A DNA stretch of 64,000 bases, from the NCBI RefSeq assembly GCF_902652985.1, contig NC_047020.1, forward strand, positions 36,022,001-36,086,000, written 5' to 3'. The position numbers and the translations under genes were made by a program. A model generated the notes under the pieces. The model was not told where the DNA came from and ran no database searches. It saw only the letters and a list, made by a program, of their open reading frames with translations. Below, piece after piece: positions 39,401 through 51,552 of this stretch (position 1 is the stretch's first letter; the number at the start of each line of letters is the position of its first letter). This DNA is from Pecten maximus. Its lineage: Eukaryota.

Positions 39401-42400
39401 TATACATATGACGGGGCCCAGGTGCTATCACGTGTCAAGCAAAATTGACGTTTATATACAGCGTTAATTGACATTCACTAATTAAAATCATCATAACCAT
39501 GATCATTTCTTTAATTTAGAGTGTCACATTTCAATTCACGTGTAAAATTAACATACAATATATTAAAGTATAATTAATATCTGTCCATACACTTACGTCT
39601 AAGACACTATAACTAACAGTTTAAAATTACAGATTTGCATTATATTATAATTCAGGTGATGTTGTGAATAAAACGTTTCATCCCCTGCTAAATTTAACGT
39701 GCAGTAGACTGGAGCAAGTTAAAATATTAATATGAGTAATACAGCTAAGATATGCAATACTGACAGAGTTGCATAAACATATAGGTTTTTGTTTATGCTA
39801 TGGTTGCTACCAAAGATAAAAGTCGGCCTCATTTTGGGATAGGCCTGGTTGCTTTCTACTAAGCTGTCTGAGACTTCATAGTAAACTTTTAGCATGTGAG
39901 GAGGGTTTGGGATACTCCCCGGCTGCTTTCCGCGAACTATATATGATACATAGCTAGGTGACCCCAAAACTGATCAAGTTCATATCAACATTTTGAATAA
40001 AACAGAAATACTAAAAGAAAAAAGAGCTTATCCCCGAAAATGTACGTCATTAAGAGGACGAAGTAGGTTAAATTCATAACGTTATCCGAGTTAACTAGAA
40101 GAAGAAATATGATTGTAGTATACAAGTTAATCCATGGACTTCGTGACAAAGGACGCTTGGGATTTCTGAGCCGATAGAAGTATTTCTTCCAATGGAAAAA
40201 TCAGCAGTCTTTATTAAGTTATGATGTTCCAAACACCAACTGTTCTTAAACTGAATCTGATGTACAACTTTCGTCTTAATTAGGCGTTATATATAATATG
40301 TATGTTTTTGATGATAAGCTTTGGTCTTATTTCGTTGGCCTTTGAGGTCAGCCCGCCTGGTCTTTACTTCAAGCCAGTGTCTCGTAAATCCAGATTTCTG
40401 AAGTGGTATTTCATTTGACGAACATACGCTTCTTTTTCATTTGGTGAATTATTAATCCTATTTGTTTTTGTCTTTAATCCGCATTTCCTAAATTACTTTT
40501 TTTACTTTCTTCTTGAACTCTGTTTTATTTCATAACGTGATTCCCACATTAGTAATGCTTTCCTTTGTTCAGTTTCATCTTGTGGTTTCTCTTATTTGAT
40601 ATAATTACTTCCCGATCTCCGACTTCGTCAGTTAATGCTTTGCTCTGCACCAATAGTAGAATTTCTATATTCCCTGTATCGTTTACATAAAAGTAGAACA
40701 CGAGATACACGAAGAACTCGAGAGAGCGCCCTCTTCCTACAACCTTCATAGTATGATGTTCGTTTTCAAGTGTGAACTCACATTCATATCCTTATGGTAG
40801 CAAAATGTAGAACAGCATCCTTGTCGATACCATCTATCAACTTCATATATAAATCTAGAGTAGATATGGTACAGAGATCCTACTGAACCTAAAGCAGGCC
40901 CGAGTGACTGACTTATATATCTTAAACCGCCTAGTTAAAGAAATCCCCCCTCCCCACATCTTCCCCACGATATCCTGGTGCGTCTCGATGTTAATCTTAT
41001 AGTTCCAGAAAATGCACAAAACATGTACAGGGTTAATTTGGGAACGAGTTATTTATACGAGCTACTCCATCGGTCCTCTTAAAGTGCTGCTAACTTCATT
41101 TTCAAGGTTTTCTCAGGGCGGTGTTATTTCTATCAGACATTGAATAGCGAGAAGTGCTAATTACTCTGTATGTAATTAGGTCATTTATCAAGAAGGTGTT
41201 TATGTCTGTCTCGTTTACAAGAACGTTTTTTTTTACTACGGAGGTCTACGCGTACCGTAACTATGAGTATAACAGGTGCACTGTAGATATAAATATATGG
41301 TTAAATACTCGGGAAACTTGGCGGATTTATTATCAACAAGTAACATCGAGTTACCAAAACGTTCAGCAATGTGTTTTGCTTTTTTTCTTTTTTATCTTAT
41401 TCCAATTAAAGAGCGCACTCATTGACACACATAAAATCATCATTTGTGAAAAGATCGCTGATTTTAAGATATCGCGAACCCTGATCAATATTTTTTTTAT
41501 ATATTTACCGTAACAGATGATATATAAAAGTGGTCTATGTCTTGATTGTTCACCTTTTTTGGGGGAAAGAATGAAATTTAAAAAAAAAAAACGGAAAAAG
41601 AACAGAAAAAGAGGAATCATTCTTCATTTAAAATTCCGTCGCATGTTTAACGCACATCTATATGTGAAAGTCCAAATTTTCTGGAATATTCTACTGGGTA
41701 ATCGTGGACATATTAATACTTGGTACAGGGTAGCTGGTTCTTCCTGATCAAGCATACCAAAGGTATGAGTACAGTGTTATATACATGTAGGCATGTCATA
41801 GTAAACCGAACCTCAATGTATTCCTTAAGATCACGAAAATAGTCGCAAACTCTTGTGATAATCCATGCTGATGTATCTAAAAATAGCTGATTTCGACTTT
41901 TTTGTCTATTCTGAAAATCGCCAAAATGAAAAAAAGGAGGAAGAGAGTCGGGGCTAGGAGTTTTTTTTTATTATTTTAAAATCAACATGCTGCTGCAGTA
42001 TATAGTAAAGAGATTAAGTAATAGTTTGACTGGAAGAGGATCCACAACATTTTACATGATATATCTGATATGAAACCGGTTGTGTATACAACATATATTT
42101 ATTAGATAATTATAAATCTCCTTTACTTCCTTTCCATATCGTCCATCTCATAAAGCATTAACGAAGTGTATCCCATAAAATTATCATATTACTTTCGAAG
42201 TGGGGCGCAGAATCCGTCTTATTATACATGACAACATGGTAGACGATGATGTAAATTCGTAACACCTTCCAGCGTTCGTGACTTGGCAGAAGTCAGCAAT
42301 GAAACGAATAAATATGTCTCAAGCGTTCCGATGATGCCAATATTCGTCAATGTGCAGTTAACACGTGTTAGGGAAACCATCCCTGGGTCTTGTATATTTG

Positions 42401-44582
42401 TTGCATTATAACATTAGAATCTGATAAATAATTCTCGCCTTGTAATCATTAGCACTTGTAAAAGGATATCTTTGTATCTGAAATGATATTAGCTCGTAGA
42501 CATGTTTTATTTGTAAATAATATGTTTATTTGTGTGTTTATTATGTTCCGTTGCATGTGATTACACCTTCGCTCACAGTATCACTTTACCACGTATAACG
42601 TACAACCCACTTATTACAAGACAAAAGACCAAAGATTAGTCAAAAGACATATTTACAAGGAGACGCTACAAAACGTTTAAAGATAATGAGTCAATGCCAT
42701 CCGGTGGGATGGGCGTCTTCTGCTTCATCAAGGTATGTGAATCTAGGCCAAACCCAAGTAATGCCATGTTCTCAAATTGAGAACCGGGGAAGTGATGCAA
42801 GAAACTACAATGTCTAGTAATGAACATCGAATACGTAACACACAGGAACAATATGAAAATCTCCTATGGGATCATGATGTGAAACACCAGTTTTTAAAGT
42901 AAGATAAGTCATTCTGAGTGATTGAATTGTCAAATGAATATCAGACTTTAAAGACGTCGAGATAATGATGGGAAACTCACGTTCTTCGTATTACTGGGTC
43001 GTTGACATGATCCCGACAAAAAAAAAAAAAGACTTCAAAACGACAGTTCGAAAGTGTTTTTCTTTAATTGGTGAGAATATCTATTTATCAAAAAAGGTAG
43101 CCCATTGTCAAATCGATTATGAGCTGTATATAGTATGTATGTATTACCAAAAGAACAAAATGTTTTGACTAATATACTTTAAACCAGTAATTAGAATAAT
43201 TATCGAAACTTTCGTACTTTTATCTTAATTGTCTTTCGGGATATTTTAATGAAAGTGTTTAAATTATTATCATTATACTTTTAATTGCGTATTTATCAAA
43301 CAACAAACGTAAGAATGCTTGGCTTTTGTAAGAGAATTCAATATTGAAACTCTGTTGCATGTTGGTGTGAAATGAGTTTAAGTAATAAACTATGTTTAAT
43401 ATCTTAAGAATGCTAACACCTGAAATCAACAATACTGTAACAACTGTCAATCATCTTTTGAAATCTATATCATGAAAACGTACTTTCACTTTCAGATTGC
43501 TATTGTACTTTTGTCGTTTATGATTTTCTTTCTACTTTCAACAAAAGATTAACATGATGTATGTCTTTATTTTCTACACTTGATTTATTTTCCGATTTTA
43601 TCTTAACTAATATTTTAATTATCCATATTGGTCTTTAAAAAGATAGTGTTAGTTTGATTTTACCGGTAATTATCAAAAAGCTTATAATTTTTGTTAATTT
43701 GTCGTGGTTTAGGTAATAATTATATGACTTACGTTTAAACAGCTGCATGTGACACTAAGTATGTGTAATTAACGTTTTGTATACAGGGAAAATAAAAACT
43801 GTCTATTCTACAAAATTTCTTGTTTAGTTATTTCAGAGAATTAACGAAGACGTATTCTCTTGGGAAAGTGGCCACACCTTTCATGAAAATCACCTGACGT
43901 AACATCAACTGATAAGAAGAAAACAAATTTAAAAATCGATTTGAACTACCTACATATTTTAGAATGACCTTGACCTCGAAAATTCTTTGTAGAAATTATG
44001 AATGAAAAGAGTGTACCAAAGTATTAACCTGTATTATCAAACAGACTTTGCCGGCAGTTCCCAGGAAGTTTAAAGACCACACTTAAGCTGAAACCTTGAG
44101 AGGAATGTCGTGACTTCGATAGAAAATTAGAGACCGGTATCGCTAATCCAAGATACGCCAAAAGAACGTACTTTGACTAGCTTAAGACACGATACGTGCG
44201 ATAAGCCGATACAACTAAATCAACTTTGCCTTAATCCGTGAAGGTCCCAGGGAGACGATGGGGCATATTTGGAATAATCGTCGATGTATTCATCTCTTCC
44301 TCACTGCCAATCTCCCTGTCTTGTTCACAGATTAATATATACATTTCCTCAGCGAAACAGCTGTGATGCAGTTTTATTCGTTTTGGCTCCAATGTATCTC
44401 CCGAATTTTGTTAAATGTGTCAATGTGTGTCGTTCGTACAATCCCTTTTAAATGCTCACAATTTTGAGAGAGAAAAATGACAAGGTACCGAAACAATTAT
44501 AGAATGTCGACGTGTTAAAAATATGGAATTGTGATACAAAATAGATGAAACGGGGTTAATATGATGAACATATATAAACCGC

Positions 44583-44803
44583 TGGTCGGGTGGCACAGTG
44601 GTAACACACTTGCCTTTCACCTAGACGGCCGAGGTTTGATTCCCCGATCAGACAGGAAAAGGTTTGGGATCACCTGCCCCGACCACGTAGGTTTTTCTCC
44701 AGGTACTCCGGTTTCCCCCACACTAAGACCCCTCTCGGGTCAACATGTGTGATTAATATAAGTTGATATAACTTATTAGCAATTGTTGTAAAATAACTAA
44801 AGT
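44583..44803 (+). mobile_element. V-domain SINE, family 2
   Basis: A box GGTGGCACAGTGG, B box GGTTTGATTCC, V motif GTAGGTTTTTCTCCAGGTACTCCGGTTTCCCCCAC; head and tail differ from family 1. Confidence 0.8.
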
Positions 44804-44849
44804 CTACATAGATTTACACGAAGATGATTGATGAAGTTAAATACAAAAC

Positions 44850-45930
44850 CCATGCGTTCCGGGAGGGAAAGCGTACGCTGTTTCATCGATAACTTCCGAT
44901 TTAGTAGTCAAGTCAAGTTCAAACTACAAAAAAAAATGTAGTTATATTATCTCAAAGATACACCAGGGGTTACGTTCGAGCTATCTACACCCCGGGAATA
45001 TGTCACGCAGAAATCGAAGGCACACTACTAACTATTTGATTGATGTCCGGGAAAAAACCCTTTCTTGATTTATACACTAGCTGGAGGTGAACTAGTACTC
45101 CATTTTGTCATGGCATATTTTATGCTGGCAGTGAGTGAAAACAACAGAAAATACCTACATAATAACAAAAACTTAAGTCTAACCCAAAATAAATAATTGA
45201 AGGCACCCGCCATATAAATTTAGGTCACGGCGATACCCGCCATATAAATCTAGGTCACGACGACACCCGCCATATAAATCTAGGTCACGACGACACCCGC
45301 CATATAAATCTAGGTCACGGCGACACCCGCCATACAAATCCAGGTCACGGCGACACCCGCCATACAAATCTAGGTCACGGCGACACCCGCCATATAAATT
45401 TAGGTTATATCCGAGTTTACTCGACTAGAGCGGCGATAACGGAACACGAGGGATTAAAAAAATAATCGAACACATCTGACTTCATATCAAACAAGAAATA
45501 GAATAAATCATGATATCGACAACAAAATTTCCCCGTGATCATCATCAACTTGTATCTCTCAAGACTTGTGTGGTTAGTTTTCCGTCAGGAGTCAACATCT
45601 GTCACGGAAATCGTGATTACGGAAACAAATATTTGAATATTGAATCAATTGGGACATGTAAACGCCATATGTAGGGGAAACGGGGATGTTACTACTAAGA
45701 AATGGAAATTGAAAACAGCATACGTTAGTGGGAAATTAGTAATGCTACATCGAACTCATTGCACTATGAAATTAAATGTTTTCACTGTGGCATAATGATA
45801 GCTATCATAATAGTTTAATTGCCAACTTGTAATTCTCGAAATAATATGTTGAGAGATTTAATTCTTCGTCACCAGTCGACATCTGTGATGAAAATCGTGA
45901 CAATTTGAACACGTGTTTAAACATAAAATT
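44850..45930 (-). mobile_element. Degenerate Penelope-like retroelement (RT C-terminus plus downstream region)
   Basis: 45712->45500 translates FPFLSSNIPVSPTYGVYMSQLIQYSNIC..HDFRDRC*LLT..KFCCRYHDL, matching the NFPFLSSNIP..PAYGVY.SQLIRY..KFYGRHHDL pattern of these elements. Confidence 0.75.
45204..45406. repeat. 30-bp minisatellite, about 7 copies
   Basis: Unit CACCCGCCATATAAATCTAGGTCACGGCGA. Confidence 0.95.
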
Positions 45931-46414
45931 TTCAATTTTGGAGATGTTGAATTTTAAAATATCCATTTTACATCATTTTATTGCACAATTATGAAAGTTT
46001 ATTTGGAATAGGATAATTTCGCCCACAAAACTACGTAATCATAAACATTATGAAAGATTTATCGGTACATGATCCCAAAAAAGGTCATGTAAGAGTCATT
46101 TAATAATGAATAAAGCACAGATGTCTCAAGATGGACGATGACGTAATACAGAGGAGAGAAATTAAAAAGAAACGAACCGTGAAGAGGAATTGTAAAATGA
46201 TTAGTGATAGAATAAGTCGGTAAGACAGGCAATCTAATAAAGACTAATGAAAATATAAATTCATTAAACGAAGCCAACAGATGGCAATTCTTAGAAGTCT
46301 GTAACGGTGTAACAGTCGGGGTTTCGGTTTTGAATTTTTAATTGTAACTTAAGGCTGACACGGACTATTCTTATGCTGTTAATATCCAGGGAGGTGTGTG
46401 ATCGCTATTTTCCC

Positions 46415-46528
46415 AATAAATAAATAAATAACTTAATAAACAAACAAACAAACAAACAATTGAAACAAACAAATAAATAAATAAATGAATAAATAAATAA
46501 ATAAAGGAAAAATAAACAAATAAATAAA
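46415..46528. repeat. (TAAA)n/(CAAA)n compound microsatellite
   Basis: Directly visible. Confidence 0.85.
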
Positions 46529-47194
46529 TGACGTCAATCAACAATGAAACTTTAATATGATGAAAAACATTATTCTAAAATGAAGTGTACTTATTTGTTA
46601 TGGGTAATTTTCGTGTTTTAATAAGATTGCCAACTAAAACAGTCTTAACACCTGTGGATGGTAATCACCCCTTTTAGCATTTTTCCCCTCTCAAGCTAAA
46701 CTCATTTAAAAAAAACTGCTATATTTATCAGAAATTAAAAACTGTGATTTAGGTTTCATTCACGTTCCTCAGATTTATCTTCAATAAAACTTGTCCCATT
46801 CATTTTTATCATTATCATCAGTTTAGAGTTTGTTCGGGCATGTAATAAGTAGGAATTTAAAATATGTTTAAAAACCCCGTAATTTTTTTTTCGAAAGTGG
46901 GTACCATTTTGTATCTCATTATATATTTTACAGCCAGTGGTTTTGTCCGAACATGCGGCTTTATTCACATCTGCTTATCGTAGATACCGCTGGAGTCAAT
47001 GAAGTGTGACCAACTGTTATTGAAGGTCTGGGATACCATATATCCGTACCTGGTACAAAGTCGAGAGATCTACAGTGCAAATTAATTGATCTATTTGGAA
47101 TTTTAACTTTCCGGGTTCAATTACCAGTCAGTCCGAAAACACTGTATGGTCTGTATAGCTGGCCTCGGAAATTTTCATTCACAACGCGAAATAA

Positions 47195-47330
47195 NNNNNN
47201 NNNNNNNNNNNNNNNNNNNNNNNNNNNNNNNNNNNNNNNNNNNNNNNNNNNNNNNNNNNNNNNNNNNNNNNNNNNNNNNNNNNNNNNNNNNNNNNNNNNN
47301 NNNNNNNNNNNNNNNNNNNNNNNNNNNNNN
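47195..47330. other. Assembly gap (136 N)
   Basis: Run of N. Confidence 1.
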
Positions 47331-48534
47331 TTCACCAAGTTCTTTCGTCTGAGAAAAACAGACTTAGCACATATGGGTAGTAACCGCCCCTCCAGTTGCA
47401 TTAATCAGAAACTAAAAACTGTAGAATTACTATTTTCATACACAAAGTAAATAAAGATACCAATAAAAAAATCTTTTTTTTCACCAAGTTTCCTTTGTCT
47501 GATGAGATTATGTTTTGGTATTTTGATCAAATGATTTATTTTTGTCTTTTGAAAAATAGTGTTTAGTGTGCCTTAATATGTAGTAGATACACTTATGATT
47601 TGTCATGGGCACTCATACGTAGATATATTGACATTTAATTTATTGACAAATGGGTTAAAGTTAATGTCTACATATGTACACTCATTTCTAGTCTGTGACA
47701 TTACAGAGTCGTCATATTGAATCCAATCAGTACGATTATAAACTAACCCCACAAACCGGTTTGGCTGGCACTGTGCGTTCTCTTACGAGTTCGACTGTTC
47801 CTTTCTGGTACAACGGCACAATCCTAATAAAGGAACGCGCGCCTTCGACTCAAGCTTATTCGTCTTCTGTATACTTTGGCTTGAACATGTATATGTTCTG
47901 AAACCACCATGAAAAAGCTGAGATGTACTCAAAATCTTTGGGACTTCCACGGCTCTCATCTTAGGAACGTGGCATTTGTTGAATTTGTTCGGTGTGTGCC
48001 TTCTAAACATCTGTTCTTATTACCACTGAGCTTTTCCAGCGGGATTCGTTTAAGTCTATCCTTTGTTTACTATCGTGTTAGTTTCGTTTAGATTCAATCA
48101 TTTTTCGTGTATGTTTCGATATTTAGAGAAGCTATAATGAAAGCGTAGTGAGTCATTTGTTTATCATTAAAGGATGTGCAGAAACTAATATATCATTCTC
48201 CTTTTCATCTCTGAACATAGATACTATTTTACAGTGACAACTTCCAAAACGTTGCACAGGTCAGCCAAAAATTGGTCGACCCGATGAGTTTCTTATAAAC
48301 AGTATTTCACATCGAGGCAGATTATACATGTATATTTAAATATCCATAGTTTGAGATAGGTCATATCTACTTCTCATGGTAAGTTTTGGGCATTCGCAAG
48401 GACCTTCATGATTTTTATCAGCGCCATGTGCTGATTGATGAAAACGAAATATATCAATAATGTTTTACGATATTTAATGTATATAAAACAGGGATTTTAT
48501 AGACGTAAATCTGAGAGGTTAGAACATAGTTAAT

Positions 48535-48700
48535 TATGGCCTGGGTGGGGGCGCGCGAGGAGTCTCACTATGGTAGGAGACCGGAGTACCAAGAGAAACC
48601 CACGTGGTCGGGGAGGCGACTCTATACCTTTTCACGTCCGCGGAGTCGAACCCCCGGCCGGAAAGGTGAAAGGCAAATGTGTTACCACTTTCCCACCTAA
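48535..48700 (-). mobile_element. V-domain SINE, family 2
   Basis: Reverse-complement similarity to 44583-44720 (ACCGGAGTACC..GAAACCCACGTGGTCGGG..GGTGAAAGGCAA.TGTGTTACCACT). Confidence 0.78.
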
Positions 48701-50119
48701 TCTTCTCTATAGTAATTAATTTAACAGGTCTAGAAAATAGGGTAAATGATGCATCTTCTACTTATTTAAAGAAACTAAACAAAATAAAAAATATCTTGGG
48801 GATCAATCCTCATCTAGATTTCCTCCAGACGATATTTCTCTAAATTACCCAAGGCCACTTTTAGTGTGTCAAACATCATGGTGACCTAGATTATCTACAG
48901 ACGGAGCATATCCAAGTAACTAGCCCCTTTAAGAGAAAAACATGTTCCAATCTGTTTTAATCAAGAAAACAGATTACTGTAAACAATTTATCTCTCAAAT
49001 TCTCTGTGCTAGAACAAATATGTACCAAAAATGTACCAATATTATCACCAGCTACAAGTTTATGGAGAGGAATCGCCATTCCACATCCGATTCCGACGTC
49101 ATATTAGACCCCAGACGGTGTACCTCCAAAATACCTACCACCTCGATTCTTGAACATTTGTATAGTATCTTCTGGACAAGCAATGACCCCGGGCGTGACC
49201 TCCTGTCTGTCTGAATTTGTGCCAAAATGACGGGACATAATTATGGCGACCACAAGCACCGAGATAGCGTAGAAAAATCGCTCTCGATATCAGCAGAGAA
49301 ATATGGTGTTAGGCCGATCGGGAGAAGATAAACACGAACCCTCACAACACATTGATGATGGAAGCGCTCGCTAATTACATGGACCTTTTCAATGTTTGTA
49401 GATAAGTGTTAGGGCACCTAGTATATATTGTATACTACCAGTAGGTATTGCGATAATGTACTGTATATTGCACTGGTGAGCTTTAATAACATACACGTAT
49501 TGCCTTTACACGAGGGAGATATGACTATCTATTTCCCTTCAAATTGTCCATATCATATGAAATACAGTGTACCTATAAGCTCGCACAAGAAGCAGGTCGC
49601 GTCACATGGAGGTTTTAAAATAAAACTATATATTTTGCATACTGTTGACAAACTCAGTTTAATGGGCATTTGCATTTTAAAAATTATTATCCAATGTTAC
49701 ATTTCAACAAAACAAATCTTTAATTTTAATTTTCTTTTTACGACAAATCAGAACGTCGCAGACATTGTTGACTCTCGTATAGATAGGAAACCATGGTAAC
49801 CGCCAATCAGGTCAATCTTTAACTTGATTAGCTTTAAAACGTCGGGGAAATCCAATTTTGAATCTGTTTTAATTTAATCGTCACCAAAAACTTTTATCAA
49901 TTTAAATAAAACAAGAGAATAACCATGTTTAAATGTCCGTGCAAAATGTTGTTAAATCCTTCTGATGTCTTTTTTATCAGTCATCATGATGGAAATTTTA
50001 TGGAACTTTCTGCACTAGAAAAGTCTCGTCATCTATATTAGTTTGTATATCAATTATGTATGCTATGATTTATTTTGAATCAATTTGAATTTACACGTCC
50101 ACGATACAGACAGATTTGA

Positions 50120-50380
50120 CGGTTGTTAGTATAATGTAACCGGTTGAGGTGTTCTGCTGGGACGTCTTCGGTAGTATATTTCAGTGAGATAACACTATAA
50201 AGTCGATATTAATTAGTTTCTCGCTATTACCAGAAGGAAGCCACATCCACACAAACGCGTACCGCAGCCTCCCAGAATAGACACACTCACTCTACACATG
50301 CATCACACATGCGAGGGAGATCGTTCTTTAATGACCATAGCTGTTGATAGGACGTTAAACAATAAAAATCAAAAACAAAA
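50120..50380 (+). mobile_element. Meta-type SINE 3' part
   Basis: AGTATAATGTAACCGG...TTTCAGTGAGATAACACTATAAAG...AATGACCATAGCTGTTGATAGGACGTTAAAC. Confidence 0.7.
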
Positions 50381-50814
50381 CCGTGAAATTCTCACCAGCG
50401 CCGGCCGGCAAACAACAACACACAGTTTGGGGAAAGAAAAGCTATAATTTAAACATTAAAACCATTATCTGCTGATACAGTCGTTTTATTTTCATTTCAA
50501 TTTGAAAAAACAGCGTCGATGATATAAAACTGTACCGTTCAGATCCTGCATTCGAGGGCCTAAAGAATTGGATATCATTTTGATGATTGGTAGAGGCAAA
50601 ATGGGCCTTGAATAAACGATAAAATATGGCGGAAGGGTTTTGTAAGAAACCAAAGTTTTTATTCCAATTCATATATACATGTATATATATTTTTTAATTG
50701 GATAGTTTTTACAAGAAAGTCTACACTCAGCAATCTCAAAGGATTGCACAAAAGACACACACGTGACCAGCACCATACATTTAAGAATATGTTATTGTAA
50801 TAACGAATATATGA

Positions 50815-51072
50815 AGGAGCCGTCATAGTTCAGTCGATAGACCATCAGACTAAATAAACCTCCAGTCCGGGTTGTGTGGTTCGAATCCTATGGATGGTTT
50901 AGGAAGATGTGATCCCGGATAGTCACGTGTTGTCTTGGTTATGTCCATATGTAGGACACGCTATTTCAGTTGATCTCGATAGATGTGAGGTACAGTCATA
51001 TTCTCTTCAGTGAAGTAGCCACCAGCTACTACAATAAGTACGCGCCTCAAATGATCCGTAACCGTTCACAGT
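50815..51072 (+). mobile_element. Degenerate CORE-type SINE
   Basis: Head GGAGCCGTCATAGTTCAGTCG, B box GGTTCGAATCC, GTGAAGTAGCCACCAGCTACTACAA. Confidence 0.65.
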
Positions 51073-51458
51073 TGAATAGAGAAAAACAATTAAAACGTAG
51101 CAATGAATTGTTTATAAGGCAATAGATAGCCATTGTATTTAAATACAAAAGTAGTAACGATTTTCGGGTCTATACAATGACTCCCTCGCCCATATATTGT
51201 TTTTTTTAATTATGTTCGTTGGTACGGTATGTCTAATGCGTCCGTTTTCACTAATCTGGTCCTATGAAGGGTGTTGTCGGTGAAACATAATTTAGGGTTC
51301 CTTTGCACAATTGCATTTTTCTGTTTTTATTTTGTTTAATGTGTATGATATACATTTCTCTTATCAAACTTTTGGTTTGTCTACCGAAATGTTCAGGCTA
51401 ACGGTTGGGGAGGGCGTTAGGAGTTAGGGGCCAATTTATGCCTGTTTAATGTGTGTAT

Positions 51459-51552
51459 GGGTGTAGGGGTGGGGGGTGGGGGGGGGGGGGGGGGGGGTGG
51501 GGGGGGGGGGGGGGGGAGGGGTTTAATGCGTGTAGGGGTTGAGGGGAGGGGG
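51459..51552. repeat. Poly-G / G-run tract
   Basis: Directly visible; source of the poly-Gly ORF. Confidence 0.85.
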
